64,000 bases of DNA from an uncultured virus (IMG/VR IMGVR_UViG_3300038825_001787) (taxonomy: Duplodnaviria; Heunggongvirae; Uroviricota; Caudoviricetes). Positions 21,109 to 31,609 of the stretch are shown in pieces. The notes beneath the pieces are model-generated. The model searched no databases, had not been told where the DNA came from, and saw nothing but the letters and a program-made list of their open reading frames with translations. The stretch lies in IMG/VR virus record IMGVR_UViG_3300038825_001787; one strand, written 5' to 3'. Both the position numbers and the translations under genes were made by a program. Position 1 is the stretch's first letter. Every line of letters begins with the position of its first letter.

Positions 21109-23831
21109 TTATTAGTACAGGAATTAACGACGGTTGGCCATCAAATGAACTTAACCTACGGTGGAGAGAACAGAACGAAGTTGGACAGTGGATGCGTAAA
21201 GAAAAGGTAGTTACCGATTTTAAGCCGTATTTATTTGTTCATCCAAATCATACTAAGGTCAGAGCAGACAGAAACAAAGGTCTGAAAGAACGAAGACTTG
21301 ACAGGCACTCATTAGATACTTTCTTGACAGATAGGTATGACGTACAGTCTTTTGAGAAGGTCACAGATGCAGTTGCTGCAAACGGCGACCCACTATGGAA
21401 GGTTACTTTTGATTCTCCATCACGATTGAAGAAATTTGCACGAGAGGTTAGTGGTACTTACGAAGCAGATGTTCCATACGAAGATAGGTATCTCATAGAT
21501 ACCATGAATGAGTTACCCGAATATGAGCCTAGAAAAGTGTTTATAGATTTAGAGGCTTTACAATATAATCGTAAAAGTGGTGGGCCAAAAGAAATGAGAC
21601 AGAAAGGCGCGATATGGGCTGACAACCAAAGTATCAATGTAATAGGTTGTTATGATAACTATACTAACATATACACGATATGGACGCAGCACCCATTAGC
21701 ACATGAGCACTTACATAGTTTCTCACAAATAACACCTGTAAAAATGATGAAGTTTGACGGTATAGACGTAGAGATACGTCATTTCGCTAATGAGTATACT
21801 ATGATGCAAGACTTCGTAAAGTGGTTAGAGTTAATAGACCCAGATATGCTATTAGCATGGGGTATGGGGTTTTATGACTTACCTACACTGTATGCGCGAT
21901 TAGAGTCATTAGGTATCGGCGCTGACAAACTGTCGCCATCTTCACTAGGTAAGAACAGGCATGTTGATGAGCCGTCGAGGTGGGCTAAGGATAGATACAA
22001 CTGGACGAAGCAACCTATTAGAGGTCGCACGGTTATATCTTTAGACAGGTTATTCGAGCGCGTCTATCGTGATTCTAAGTCAACGAACCTCCCATCTAAC
22101 AAGTTAGACATAGTTGGGCAGAAATTATTTGGTAGAGGTAAAACTGATTTCAGACCAGATTTCTATGATAGTGATTACCACCTATTCCTAGAGGACTATC
22201 TATACTATAACTTTAGAGATGTATTACTAATGGTAGAGATAGAAGATAAGTATAACCTAGTTAATGGACAAATGGCATTGCAGCAATTGGCTAAGTGTCA
22301 GTTTAGTAGTACCTTCTATGGTTCTTCTTACGCTAGAGTATATTTCATGCGAAAGGCCAGTTTCAAACAGAGAAGCGGTTATTATGCGTCAAAGACCGAC
22401 AAGGGAACAGACGACATGGCATTGCAAGGTGCTATTGTTTTAGACCCCGAAGATTTGGATTCCGTTGGTTTGCATAAGAACGTAGCAATCCTAGATTTCG
22501 CAGGTCTATATCCATCGTGCATGATTGCCGCTAATTGTTCATTTGAGACAAAAGTAGCGAAAGGAGAAGAACAGGAAGATGATATCATTGGTGACGGTTG
22601 TAGGTTTAGACGTAGCCCAATTGGTATTCTACCCGCTTCTGTGTTGGAGTTAGACGAGTTAAGAGACGAATACAAGGCTAAGAGAGATGAAGCCGGTGCA
22701 GAGCATGGTAAGACCTCTAATGAGTTTAGGAAGTGGGATGACGCACAAAAGACTGTCAAGAGGCTCAGAGCCACATTTTACGGTTTGATGGCCTTCAAAG
22801 GCTACTCTTGGGGCGATATAGATATTGCAAGAACAATCACTAAGTTTGGTAGGGATTCTTTGAACGCCATTATGGTTGAGTCTAACAAACTAGGTTATCC
22901 TGTGATTTATGGTCATACTGATTCTATCTTCGTAAAGATGGGTGATGACCTATCAACCGAAGAGTGTGTACAAAAGGCACAGGAACTTGGTACACATTTG
23001 ACAGAGATGATGCAAACTAAGTTACAGTCAAAGGCTATGATTGTTGATTGTGAGATGCTGATGGATAGATTCTACTTACCGAGGCGGAATCGCTACGGTG
23101 GAAGGGTAGTTTGGATGCCAGAGGTCGGTTTTAGTATCTCTAACGAGGCTGTAGAGGACAGAATGAAGATACAGGGGTTGGAGGCCAAGCACGCAAATAC
23201 GTCGCCTGTAGGACGTGGTATTCAACTAAAAGCACTACATATGCTATGGGATGACCATACACCTGAGGAAGTTAAGGCATCTTTGTTAGAATATATTGCA
23301 AACATACGAGACGGTAATGTCAAAACCACGGATTTGATATCTAGGGCTAGGTTGGGTAAATGGTTACCAAACCGAAAAGCCATGCGACAAGTAGCGAACA
23401 GTAAAGATACCGAAGAAAAGATACAACTTGCTCTCAAAAATGTGTCATGGCATTATGCTGATGGTGCTACTAATGACAATACTTCTGTTGACTCTGATGG
23501 AGACGATGCTTGCTATGCTAATTTGTCTGGAGATGCTCGTGGTGCTGCTTGGCATAACATAGTTTTGGCTAATGAAGAATACGATACACTCGACAAAGGT
23601 GATTCATTTTATACTACGTTTGTGAAGGATGGGCCTACTTGGATTCCAGAAGGTGGCTACGTTTCATTCCATGACCTTGAGCAAATATCTGACTACGAAA
23701 TTGATGTGGAGTTAATTATCGAGAAGTTTGTTGTTGGTAAATTAGACCACATAATGTATGGTATGGGAATGTCGTTAGATGACCTTCGTGTTCCTGACCG
23801 TAAGTTTACGGTGGATGAGTTTTTTGACTGA
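21105..23831 (+). CDS. polB: family B DNA polymerase
   Basis: Exo I DLE, Exo II FYDLP, DFAGLYPS, KRLRATFYG, YGHTDS. Confidence 0.97.
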   Translation: MIISTGINDGWPSNELNLRWREQNEVGQWMRKEKVVTDFKPYLFVHPNHTKVRADRNKGLKERRLDRHSLDTFLTDRYDVQSFEKVTDAVAANGDPLWKVTFDSPSRLKKFAREVSGTYEADVPYEDRYLIDTMNELPEYEPRKVFIDLEALQYNRKSGGPKEMRQKGAIWADNQSINVIGCYDNYTNIYTIWTQHPLAHEHLHSFSQITPVKMMKFDGIDVEIRHFANEYTMMQDFVKWLELIDPDMLLAWGMGFYDLPTLYARLESLGIGADKLSPSSLGKNRHVDEPSRWAKDRYNWTKQPIRGRTVISLDRLFERVYRDSKSTNLPSNKLDIVGQKLFGRGKTDFRPDFYDSDYHLFLEDYLYYNFRDVLLMVEIEDKYNLVNGQMALQQLAKCQFSSTFYGSSYARVYFMRKASFKQRSGYYASKTDKGTDDMALQGAIVLDPEDLDSVGLHKNVAILDFAGLYPSCMIAANCSFETKVAKGEEQEDDIIGDGCRFRRSPIGILPASVLELDELRDEYKAKRDEAGAEHGKTSNEFRKWDDAQKTVKRLRATFYGLMAFKGYSWGDIDIARTITKFGRDSLNAIMVESNKLGYPVIYGHTDSIFVKMGDDLSTEECVQKAQELGTHLTEMMQTKLQSKAMIVDCEMLMDRFYLPRRNRYGGRVVWMPEVGFSISNEAVEDRMKIQGLEAKHANTSPVGRGIQLKALHMLWDDHTPEEVKASLLEYIANIRDGNVKTTDLISRARLGKWLPNRKAMRQVANSKDTEEKIQLALKNVSWHYADGATNDNTSVDSDGDDACYANLSGDARGAAWHNIVLANEEYDTLDKGDSFYTTFVKDGPTWIPEGGYVSFHDLEQISDYEIDVELIIEKFVVGKLDHIMYGMGMSLDDLRVPDRKFTVDEFFD

Positions 23832-24121
23832 AAATGCTATATTTTGGAAGCATTGCTGTCTTTGCGGAAACCACTATAAAGTCGTCAAAGACTTAGATCG
23901 ACAAAGTATCTACAGATACTCTTCAACCCGAGGCTGCCTTGTTTGTACTTACCGTGATAGAAAAGAAATTTACTACAGAACGCTGGTAAAGACATTCGAA
24001 ATAGATGACGAAAAACGTTTTCTAGAATCTTTGAAAACTACTATGTGGTATATGTACCGTGAATTGGGTCCAATAGCATCGGAAGACGTTTTCTATCGTG
24101 CGGCTGCTAAGTATTGGCAGT

Positions 24122-27100
24122 CTACTCAGGAGCAAAATCACCGATTTTAGGTGTGGCACCTACGACAATTGATTCAGTAACGCCTCTAATCGGGTCTTCG
24201 TTACCCATTATGGCACCACCAAGTATTTGCTCTTTAATACGTTGGATTGAAACTCCACCCATTACACTAGGGTTGTCGCTCCCTCCCATTCCGGTAGGTG
24301 ACAGTGATTTGATATATCCATATTCTCCCATACAATCTACTATAGTACGTATATATCTATTATCATAATCCCCTATACCTTTAGTAGTAAGATTCATTTG
24401 GAAATCTAATTCTTCATACAAATTATATATTGCTGCTTCCAACCCAAAATTCTTTTCTATCCATTGGTGATTATTCGTTTCTAATAATGATAAGTCCAAC
24501 ATTCCAGAAAATTCTTTTACTGTGTTGAGAAGAGAATTGCTTGCTGCTTTGATAATCAATTTCCATCTTTCTTTTTCTTCATCTCTTTCCAAGACAATAT
24601 TGTCCAAGCCTGCTATGCCGTTAAAGTTGGAATTAACAATCAGTTCTTTAGCATACAGAAGTGCTGCATCACTAACGTAGTTTGGTAACCCCTCTTCTAT
24701 TTTGTAGCCTACAGGCATAATTTGTATGACAAATGGTAATTCTGGTGCTATTCTACCCTTTATTATCTGAAACTTAAACAAATTACCATTACTTCCTTTA
24801 CTTAACGCTGTTTTTATCTGATTTAGTGCTATGTCTGGAGGTATTTGATACGTTCCCATTGCATCAAAATCAAACTTAACTTGGACCAATTTGTTTTCTA
24901 GGTCATAAGAAACCAATTTTATTATCTGCTTGCCTTTGACTTCTGCTAGTAAAGTTTGTACTCTCTTTGCATCTGATTCCGTTGCATTTTCTGGAAGGTA
25001 TAATTTAGTCAAAGGCCCTTTTATCTTTCCTTCGCTGTATTCTAATATCTGACTCAATCTGGCAATATCCGCTTTGACCCCTGCTTTACCTGCGAAGTGG
25101 AAGGTTCTCAGAGCAGCCTGTGTTGCAGGCTCTCCTATGTCTGCCCCAGCAGTTGCACCGATTGCCTCACCTACACGACACAAACTATCTTCAAAGTAAT
25201 CAGTCAGCCTACTTCCTAGTTTCTTTAGATTCGGTTTAGTTACTTCTCTTATCATTAGTTTCTTTGTAACCAATGCCATTGTGTTTTGTGAGACTATTTT
25301 ACCGACACTTTTAGCCAAAGTAGCAATATCTGAGCCTTTGCTACAGTAAATGCAATCGTCTTCTAGGGTTAAACCATGTTTACAAGCATGGTCATAGAAG
25401 AATGGTTGTAGCGTGATTGTGTAACCACGCCTGTTGGTCTGATCGGTATTACCTCTAATGTGGTAAGGAGCCAACCCATCATCACCTACTACTGGAGAAA
25501 TCACTCTTTTGGTACGTAAGTTGACGACTTGTCTACGCTGATTGACTACACAGGACTCTAAAGCCTTAATCATTTTACGCTCTAAGTAGCCAGATTTAGC
25601 AATATTTCCTTGAGCAGACTCTACTGTCGAACGCCTTCCTGCGATAGAAGTCATAAAATACTCATCTGGCTCCATCCCTCTAGAATAGTTACCTCTAATG
25701 AAACCCCTGTGTCGCGGGTCTAAACTATTTTTTGGGTAGTGTGGAAGTACCCTTCTTGCTTGAATACCAGCAGTAACCCTCAACTCAGCCAATCTAACTT
25801 GCCCAAACGCACCAGCCATTTGTTGGATGTTCATTGGTTTTCCTCTTGCTTTAGACCTAACAGCGATTTGCATAGCGTTGCCGCTACCCTGATAGTCTTC
25901 TATTGCGTCTAACATCTCTTTTTCAAACTGGTCTGTGAAGCCTAGTATCTCATCTTCGATGAAAGACAATGGGTCTGCGAGTGCTTCTATTGCCTTTTCG
26001 GGTCTGTTGTTTGCTACATACTCTTTCAATCTACCATTGGCGAACGCAGTATCTATTTTTAGTATCTTATTAGCACAGTTTTCGTATAATCTATCAATCT
26101 TTGAACTTACTGGTACTGCGGAAACGTCTGCAGTTCCCATAGTATATCCTATTAGGTGGTGTGCTGCGAAACCAAGTCTGGTAGCCATTTCGATAAATTC
26201 TACTAACTTTTCTTGCCCTTTGTCGTACCCTTCGTGATAAATGAATGATGGAGCGATTGACGCACCACCTTCGCCAAATGCTGACTTTTCTAAAGTACCA
26301 GAAACTAGTTTACCGTTTCTTATAACTACCTTTTCTTTAATTGGTTTGCCGTTTTCGCGTTTTACTACAACAGACCCATCTTCTAGTATTTCAGTTTCTG
26401 GTGTTATTCCTGGGAAACTTGCAGAAACGTACTCTGCATCTAGTACCGTAAAAAGGTGATTAAACAAAGCCCTTCCACTATAACCCGGTCCATTGGGTGT
26501 CATTTCATCGGACTCAGGTAGCGAGTCTATTGTACGATACGTCTTACCTTCTTTCCCGTCTCTTATTTCGCTAAATACAGTAGAATAGCACTCGATGGCT
26601 GCCTTTTTAGACACATATGGTCTACCTTCGGCATTAAATCCTAGTCCAACAGACGCATCCCAAGTGTTAATCCTTTCTTTATCTGTATAAGTCAGCAAGT
26701 AAAGTCCGGAAGTCTGGTCTTGATCGGTAGCAACTGTCAACATTCCGTACCTAGAATGAATAATGTTCTTTGTCAAAGATAATAATTTAATGGCTTCTTT
26801 CTTCGCTGCCTCAGATTGTACGAAGTGTGCCTTCATCGCATCTCCATCGTAGTCAGCATTAAATGGAATACAAACCGTAGGGTTCATGCTGAGGCTTTTT
26901 GTTGGAACAATTCTTGACCTAAATGCCATTATTGACTGTCTGTGCAGAGACGGTGCGCGGTTAAATAAGCATATATCACCATCCATTATGTTCCTTTTGA
27001 TTACCTTGCCGGGTTGTAAGTTGTCCATCACTCTAGTTAGATGCTCAACTGGTTGTTTAGAATTTATTTTATCGGGCGCTGGGTGGTTGGGGTAGTCGTA

Positions 27101-28804
27101 TATGTATGTTATTTTAGGGTGTTTGTCGTCAATGACATTTTGTATGTAACTTTTAAGTCGAACTATGTTTTCGTTAGTTACTGTTTCAGGATAAGATATC
27201 TCTTGCGCCATAACTATTGGGACTCCGACTTCGTCTATTGCTAAATTTGGGTCTGGGCTAATTGCAGAATAACCAACGTTGTTTACGTACTTAGACTGCA
27301 GGTTGTTCCTAAACCTACCCTTTTTACCTTCTAATCTGTTTAATACACCTTTCAAAGATTCGTTTTGAACACCGCCGCCATAGGTGAATGTTTGGCGTGT
27401 GCCGCCCGAACCAATTGTTTGATTGGTATTGTCAATTAACCTAGATACCGAAAATAACAACATTTTTCTTGCGTAATTTCTACTTCCAGATCGCCTTCCA
27501 GCATTTATTCTCTCCCGTACTATGTTCGCATCGCTTACTATTGCTGAATATAATTTAGTTAAGTCATCAACATCAGTCCTACCATCGCTTCTTTGTCTCA
27601 ATGGTCTAGAAGCATTGGGTATAACAGGTAATGACTCGAAAAACATATGCTCTGGTCTAGAAGTAATTGGGTTTAATGCCATAAAATAGCAATCGCTATC
27701 TGGGATATCGGATAGTATATCTCTAACAGCGATAAAGTCCAGTTTTCTAACACCATCTGCTCTAGGTGTAACATAAGAAAACTCTGCAGAATTAAAGTAG
27801 AACTCAATTTTTGGTGTTACCTCATTGCAATGTGGACAAACTCTACCTGTCTTATTCATTTCATTAAAAAACGGACCCATCATGCTTCGTACTCTTCTTC
27901 TGGATGCAATATTCTTACCACCGATATCAAACTCTTGCATTACTCTTGGTCGCTGACTTTCTAACAAGTCATTACGCAACATAACCCTGCTGCAACTATG
28001 ACACGTCTTGTTTAACACGTCTAATAACGGTAAATCTGGCTTGCCTTTGTTCTTGGATGCACCTAAGAACAAGATGTTTGGTATAGGAATTGGCAGTCTA
28101 ATGTAACCAAAATGACCTGAACAAGATTTCGTAGCGTCGTTGACTTGTGGGTCGAAAGCCAGGTTGCAAGTTGGACAGTCTTCTTCCTTAGCCAAAGAGC
28201 CCATTCTCGGATCCATTGTTCCACCTATGACCGGTACGACCCCATTGGTGTCTTCTCTGATTGCTTCTCCAGTAATTATTTCAATCACAGCAAGTTTTTC
28301 GACCTCTTCTGGTGACATTAATTCCATGTTTACCGCAGCAACCTCCCCAGGTGTTCTTAGGTCAATTCTGTCATTTTTATAATTGGTATAAAATGCAATA
28401 GGTAAGTCTTCACTAGCCTTGCCTTTCATTATTTTTTCTTTAATTGGTACTTCTAAAACCATACCCTCTAGTCCATCAGGTATCATTTTAGGGTATTTTT
28501 CAGACTTGTCTGTTAGGTCGTAAGATGTTTCTATTTTCACAAGAAAGTAAATGTCAGATGCTGCTCTAAGTCCAGCAGCGTCTTCGTGTGTTAATAGGTA
28601 TCTTTTTGCCTCCCCTGCGTATCTTGGAACCCATTTATGCTTTAGCCTACCGTTATTTAAGTCAAAATCTATAAAATCTTTTGTTGCTGTAAAAGTCGTA
28701 CCCTCTTCTCTGGTAGAAGGTAGTTCAATCTCTTCTGAATAGATGTCTTCTGGTTTGACAAACCAAATAAAAGACCGTATCCCAACCGCTTCTGGTTCTT
28801 CCAT
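24122..28804 (-). CDS. DNA-directed RNA polymerase largest subunit, fused A'+A'' (Rpo1/Rpb1-like)
   Basis: DPRMG, CSGHFG, GKKGRFR, FNRAPSLH, NADYDGD, SGYLERKMIK, IGEPATQAALRTFHFAG, GVTESIVVG. Confidence 0.97.
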   Translation of the reverse strand: MEEPEAVGIRSFIWFVKPEDIYSEEIELPSTREEGTTFTATKDFIDFDLNNGRLKHKWVPRYAGEAKRYLLTHEDAAGLRAASDIYFLVKIETSYDLTDKSEKYPKMIPDGLEGMVLEVPIKEKIMKGKASEDLPIAFYTNYKNDRIDLRTPGEVAAVNMELMSPEEVEKLAVIEIITGEAIREDTNGVVPVIGGTMDPRMGSLAKEEDCPTCNLAFDPQVNDATKSCSGHFGYIRLPIPIPNILFLGASKNKGKPDLPLLDVLNKTCHSCSRVMLRNDLLESQRPRVMQEFDIGGKNIASRRRVRSMMGPFFNEMNKTGRVCPHCNEVTPKIEFYFNSAEFSYVTPRADGVRKLDFIAVRDILSDIPDSDCYFMALNPITSRPEHMFFESLPVIPNASRPLRQRSDGRTDVDDLTKLYSAIVSDANIVRERINAGRRSGSRNYARKMLLFSVSRLIDNTNQTIGSGGTRQTFTYGGGVQNESLKGVLNRLEGKKGRFRNNLQSKYVNNVGYSAISPDPNLAIDEVGVPIVMAQEISYPETVTNENIVRLKSYIQNVIDDKHPKITYIYDYPNHPAPDKINSKQPVEHLTRVMDNLQPGKVIKRNIMDGDICLFNRAPSLHRQSIMAFRSRIVPTKSLSMNPTVCIPFNADYDGDAMKAHFVQSEAAKKEAIKLLSLTKNIIHSRYGMLTVATDQDQTSGLYLLTYTDKERINTWDASVGLGFNAEGRPYVSKKAAIECYSTVFSEIRDGKEGKTYRTIDSLPESDEMTPNGPGYSGRALFNHLFTVLDAEYVSASFPGITPETEILEDGSVVVKRENGKPIKEKVVIRNGKLVSGTLEKSAFGEGGASIAPSFIYHEGYDKGQEKLVEFIEMATRLGFAAHHLIGYTMGTADVSAVPVSSKIDRLYENCANKILKIDTAFANGRLKEYVANNRPEKAIEALADPLSFIEDEILGFTDQFEKEMLDAIEDYQGSGNAMQIAVRSKARGKPMNIQQMAGAFGQVRLAELRVTAGIQARRVLPHYPKNSLDPRHRGFIRGNYSRGMEPDEYFMTSIAGRRSTVESAQGNIAKSGYLERKMIKALESCVVNQRRQVVNLRTKRVISPVVGDDGLAPYHIRGNTDQTNRRGYTITLQPFFYDHACKHGLTLEDDCIYCSKGSDIATLAKSVGKIVSQNTMALVTKKLMIREVTKPNLKKLGSRLTDYFEDSLCRVGEAIGATAGADIGEPATQAALRTFHFAGKAGVKADIARLSQILEYSEGKIKGPLTKLYLPENATESDAKRVQTLLAEVKGKQIIKLVSYDLENKLVQVKFDFDAMGTYQIPPDIALNQIKTALSKGSNGNLFKFQIIKGRIAPELPFVIQIMPVGYKIEEGLPNYVSDAALLYAKELIVNSNFNGIAGLDNIVLERDEEKERWKLIIKAASNSLLNTVKEFSGMLDLSLLETNNHQWIEKNFGLEAAIYNLYEELDFQMNLTTKGIGDYDNRYIRTIVDCMGEYGYIKSLSPTGMGGSDNPSVMGGVSIQRIKEQILGGAIMGNEDPIRGVTESIVVGATPKIGDFAPE

Positions 28805-28808
28805 GTTC

Positions 28809-29543
28809 TCACTTTCTAATTAACTTGATAGAAACTCTATCGGTAATCAGATACTGTGGGTGCATTGCCAATCCGGTTTGTGGATCTAACTCAGCAACGT
28901 CTGGGATCTTGACTAATGCTTGAGTCAATTCACCAAGATTAACAACCCCGTTGGCTCCGATATTGAATTCTTTAACAAATTCTGACTCATTTGTCATACT
29001 CTCTTTAATCAGTTTAGTTCTACCATACTTAGACTTAACTTTGAAGGCATTTGATGTCGAGTTACTACTAACATGATAAGACACCAATACCCTTAATGGA
29101 ACTGCAGAAAATATTTTACCGTGTTGTGTAAATGCCGAATCTAGTCCATAATACATTCCTGTTGCATTTGCTATACCTTCTTCATCTTTAGGCATGGTAA
29201 TTATTATTTCATCACCTCTGATTTGAATATTATTTAGTTGTGATACATCTAGTGTCTTAGGAAATGTATTATTTTGCTTGTAACCAATGTTTACCACTGC
29301 CATTGGTAGTTCACCTGCATCATTGACCATACACATTATGACGTTATGAGACGGCAAACCAACACCGTCAAAAGGTGCGCCAAATGACACACCTTTGCTT
29401 CCTAAAAGGAAATGATGTATCTTATTTGTACGGATATAATTCTGTCTAAAGTTAACTCTACTTGAGTTTAATGTGGCATTCTCTTGTATCCTTCGTGCCC
29501 TTTCATCTGCTCTATTGGCAAAGTTCACCATATTCAGAGCCAA
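28809..29543 (-). CDS. hypothetical protein in the RNAP operon
   Basis: 244-aa ORF ending 4 nt before the RNAP start. Confidence 0.65.
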   Translation of the reverse strand: MALNMVNFANRADERARRIQENATLNSSRVNFRQNYIRTNKIHHFLLGSKGVSFGAPFDGVGLPSHNVIMCMVNDAGELPMAVVNIGYKQNNTFPKTLDVSQLNNIQIRGDEIIITMPKDEEGIANATGMYYGLDSAFTQHGKIFSAVPLRVLVSYHVSSNSTSNAFKVKSKYGRTKLIKESMTNESEFVKEFNIGANGVVNLGELTQALVKIPDVAELDPQTGLAMHPQYLITDRVSIKLIRK

Positions 29544-29562
29544 GACGCATTAAGCCATAAGT

Positions 29563-29991
29563 CTAACCCTGTGCATGACGGTATGCAATATAATCAGCCA
29601 TGTCATTAATTGGATGTTCTGAATGTGAACGAACCCACTGTAACTCCACTCTACAAGGGAAATTGTCTATTCTTGACTTGATAGTTCTAGTTGTATTAAC
29701 CATGGTTTCGTTTCTTGGGTCTTCATCACTCTCTATCAACTCTATAGCAGATAGGCTGTCAGAGACTATTCTGACAAAATCGTTTTCATTGGCTACGGTT
29801 TTTGCTAAAACTAATCCTAGATTGATTGCAGATAACTCAGCGTGAGTACAGTTACCAATATCTTTAGTCTGTCCTATGGACTTCAATATCCTATTATCAG
29901 TTATATTTACTAGTATAGCAGATAGACCTGAACTATAGTCTATATCACTCTCTATAGTAGAGGCATCAGTATAACAATTATAGACTACCAT
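29563..29991 (-). CDS. ribonuclease HI
   Basis: YTDAS, AELSAI, SDS, WVRSH, N.MAD. Confidence 0.9.
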   Translation of the reverse strand: MVVYNCYTDASTIESDIDYSSGLSAILVNITDNRILKSIGQTKDIGNCTHAELSAINLGLVLAKTVANENDFVRIVSDSLSAIELIESDEDPRNETMVNTTRTIKSRIDNFPCRVELQWVRSHSEHPINDMADYIAYRHAQG

Positions 29992-29996
29992 ATTAA

Positions 29997-30236
29997 TCAG
30001 TAAATAACTCTTCTATAATAGGGTATCATTCCACCCACTTTAGAATTTCTAATTATTTTGATTACATCGTTAACTTGGATTTCCTCACCTTCTTCTATTA
30101 ACTTGGTGATGGCGGCATCGGAGTATTTGATTAATGGTAACTCTTCTAAAGAGACATTTATTGCTTTCAGTTCTTTTTTAGTTTGTGCTGGGGTCAATTT
30201 TATGTGCTTTGGTGCATATTTCCACTCAAAGCCCAT
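29997..30236 (-). CDS. rpoH: RNA polymerase subunit Rpo5/H (short archaeal form)
   Basis: PKH..L...LPLI..SD...DVIKIIRNS..G...YYRRV. Confidence 0.9.
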   Translation of the reverse strand: MGFEWKYAPKHIKLTPAQTKKELKAINVSLEELPLIKYSDAAITKLIEEGEEIQVNDVIKIIRNSKVGGMIPYYRRVIY

Positions 30237-30240
30237 TTAA

Positions 30241-30813
30241 TCAATCCTCCCAAGGAATGTCATCCCACTCGGTACTGTCTTCGTCGAAGAAGTCGTCATC
30301 CCAGTCGTCTGTATCGTCGGCCTCAATATCTGCAGGCTCTTCTGTGTCGGTTTCGGTAGAATCTCCCACGTCAGAATCGGTAGGTGTATCGGCATCGTCC
30401 TCAACTTCCTCGTCAGCCGGAAGGGGTTCTGGTACTTCTGCTTCACTATCATCTTCAACGTCATCTTCGGGTTCTTCCTCTTCAACCTCATCTTCTGGTT
30501 CTTCGTCTTCTGGTTCTTCATCTTCCGATTCTTCATCTTCATCTAATGAATCCCAATCTAAATCTTCCCAATCGTCTTCCCAGTCGTCTTCTTCGGGCAT
30601 TACTAAGTCTGGAGTTTTCTTCTTAGTAGCATTTTCTTTGGGTTCTTCTGGTTCGTCGTCAACAGAAACTAGTTCTCCTAACTCTACCAAGTCTATTTTA
30701 TCGTTCTTTTTCTGGTCTAATGCAGAAAGAAATGAGTCTAATTTGTTATCGGCGCTTTCTTCGTGCATTGCTTCTATTGATAGGGTCATCGTGACTTCGT
30801 ACAGTTTCATCAA
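30241..30813 (-). CDS. extremely acidic protein
   Basis: D/E-dominated C-terminal ~120 aa punctuated by Trp. Confidence 0.7.
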   Translation of the reverse strand: MMKLYEVTMTLSIEAMHEESADNKLDSFLSALDQKKNDKIDLVELGELVSVDDEPEEPKENATKKKTPDLVMPEEDDWEDDWEDLDWDSLDEDEESEDEEPEDEEPEDEVEEEEPEDDVEDDSEAEVPEPLPADEEVEDDADTPTDSDVGDSTETDTEEPADIEADDTDDWDDDFFDEDSTEWDDIPWED

Positions 30814-30918
30814 GCATACGATGACATGATAAGATACTTAAAAAATATGGTTATAGTAACATAACAACACGTAATCCATAGAGAATGGTTTAAATAACCT
30901 ATAGATAACCGAAGAGGC

Positions 30919-31086
30919 GTGGCAAAGGAGTCGACACGGGAGGATGATTTTACGACTATTCGTATTCGTAAGAAAGATAAAGCCGACTTAGAAAAGTTAG
31001 CCTTGCCAAGAGAAGCACTGTGGGAAACTGTGAAAAGAATGAAAGATTCTTTCACGGTCAAAAGAATGACTCAGAGGAAAAAGTGA
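30919..31086 (+). CDS. ribbon-helix-helix-like small regulator (not in the ORF track)
   Basis: GTG start; TTIRIRKKDKADLEKL...LWETVKRM. Confidence 0.45.
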   Translation: MAKESTREDDFTTIRIRKKDKADLEKLALPREALWETVKRMKDSFTVKRMTQRKK

Positions 31087-31530
31087 ATGACAAAGAAAAC
31101 CCTAGCCTGTCCATGTTGCAAAATCGGAACCCTAAGTAGCAAATCTGCTTGGAACTTACATATGAAAATAATGCATCCATCTTATAATTTGGCTGCAAAG
31201 CCAACTTTAGGAAGAAGATACCAACGTATCGTGAGTCATATAGAAAAATGTTTGATACACTATCGTCAAAAGAATATTGAAGTTGTTAGTCAGTCTGAGA
31301 TTTCAAACTGGCTCAAAGATAACACAAAAGGTGGAATGGCCAAAAAGCGTGTCTCTAGTCTGTTACAAAGACGCCCACAGTTTGTCCTTCATAAGAAGGC
31401 AAGAAGAATCAACTCTAATCAAATTGAATCTTGGTGGTCTTTGGGAGATGTGGATGCAACAGCAGACTTTCGTGGATATGAAAAATGGATAGATGTAGAG
31501 ACAAATCTGCCTTTAGTTAATAAAAAGTAA
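31087..31530 (+). CDS. C2H2-like Zn finger plus winged-helix-like protein
   Basis: CPCC...H....H followed by a helical basic domain. Confidence 0.55.
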   Translation: MTKKTLACPCCKIGTLSSKSAWNLHMKIMHPSYNLAAKPTLGRRYQRIVSHIEKCLIHYRQKNIEVVSQSEISNWLKDNTKGGMAKKRVSSLLQRRPQFVLHKKARRINSNQIESWWSLGDVDATADFRGYEKWIDVETNLPLVNKK

Positions 31531-31531
31531 G

Positions 31532-31570
31532 ATACCGGTATCGGTTCCGACGTTATAATAATGTAAGGAG
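31532..31570 (+). promoter_or_regulatory. repeated promoter-like element, copy 1
   Basis: Palindrome ATACCGGTAT plus ACGTTATAATAATGTAAGGAG; three copies in the window. Confidence 0.7.
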
Positions 31571-31609
31571 AGAACTCCTTCTTACACAACCAAAAGGAGA
31601 CTAAGATAA

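Noticed and set aside
24122..30236. Cellular archaeal chromosome suggested by the RNAP genes
   Set aside because: No rpoB or ribosomal protein neighbours, highly divergent sequence, and surroundings dominated by small orphan and phage-type genes. Viral status is still unproven because no capsid or terminase gene was recognised.
30185..30829. Ser-rich + strand ORF and similar antisense ORFs (3352-3819, 4494-5069, and those inside PolB, RNAP and the AAA gene)
   Set aside because: Shadow frames of well-supported genes on the opposite strand.
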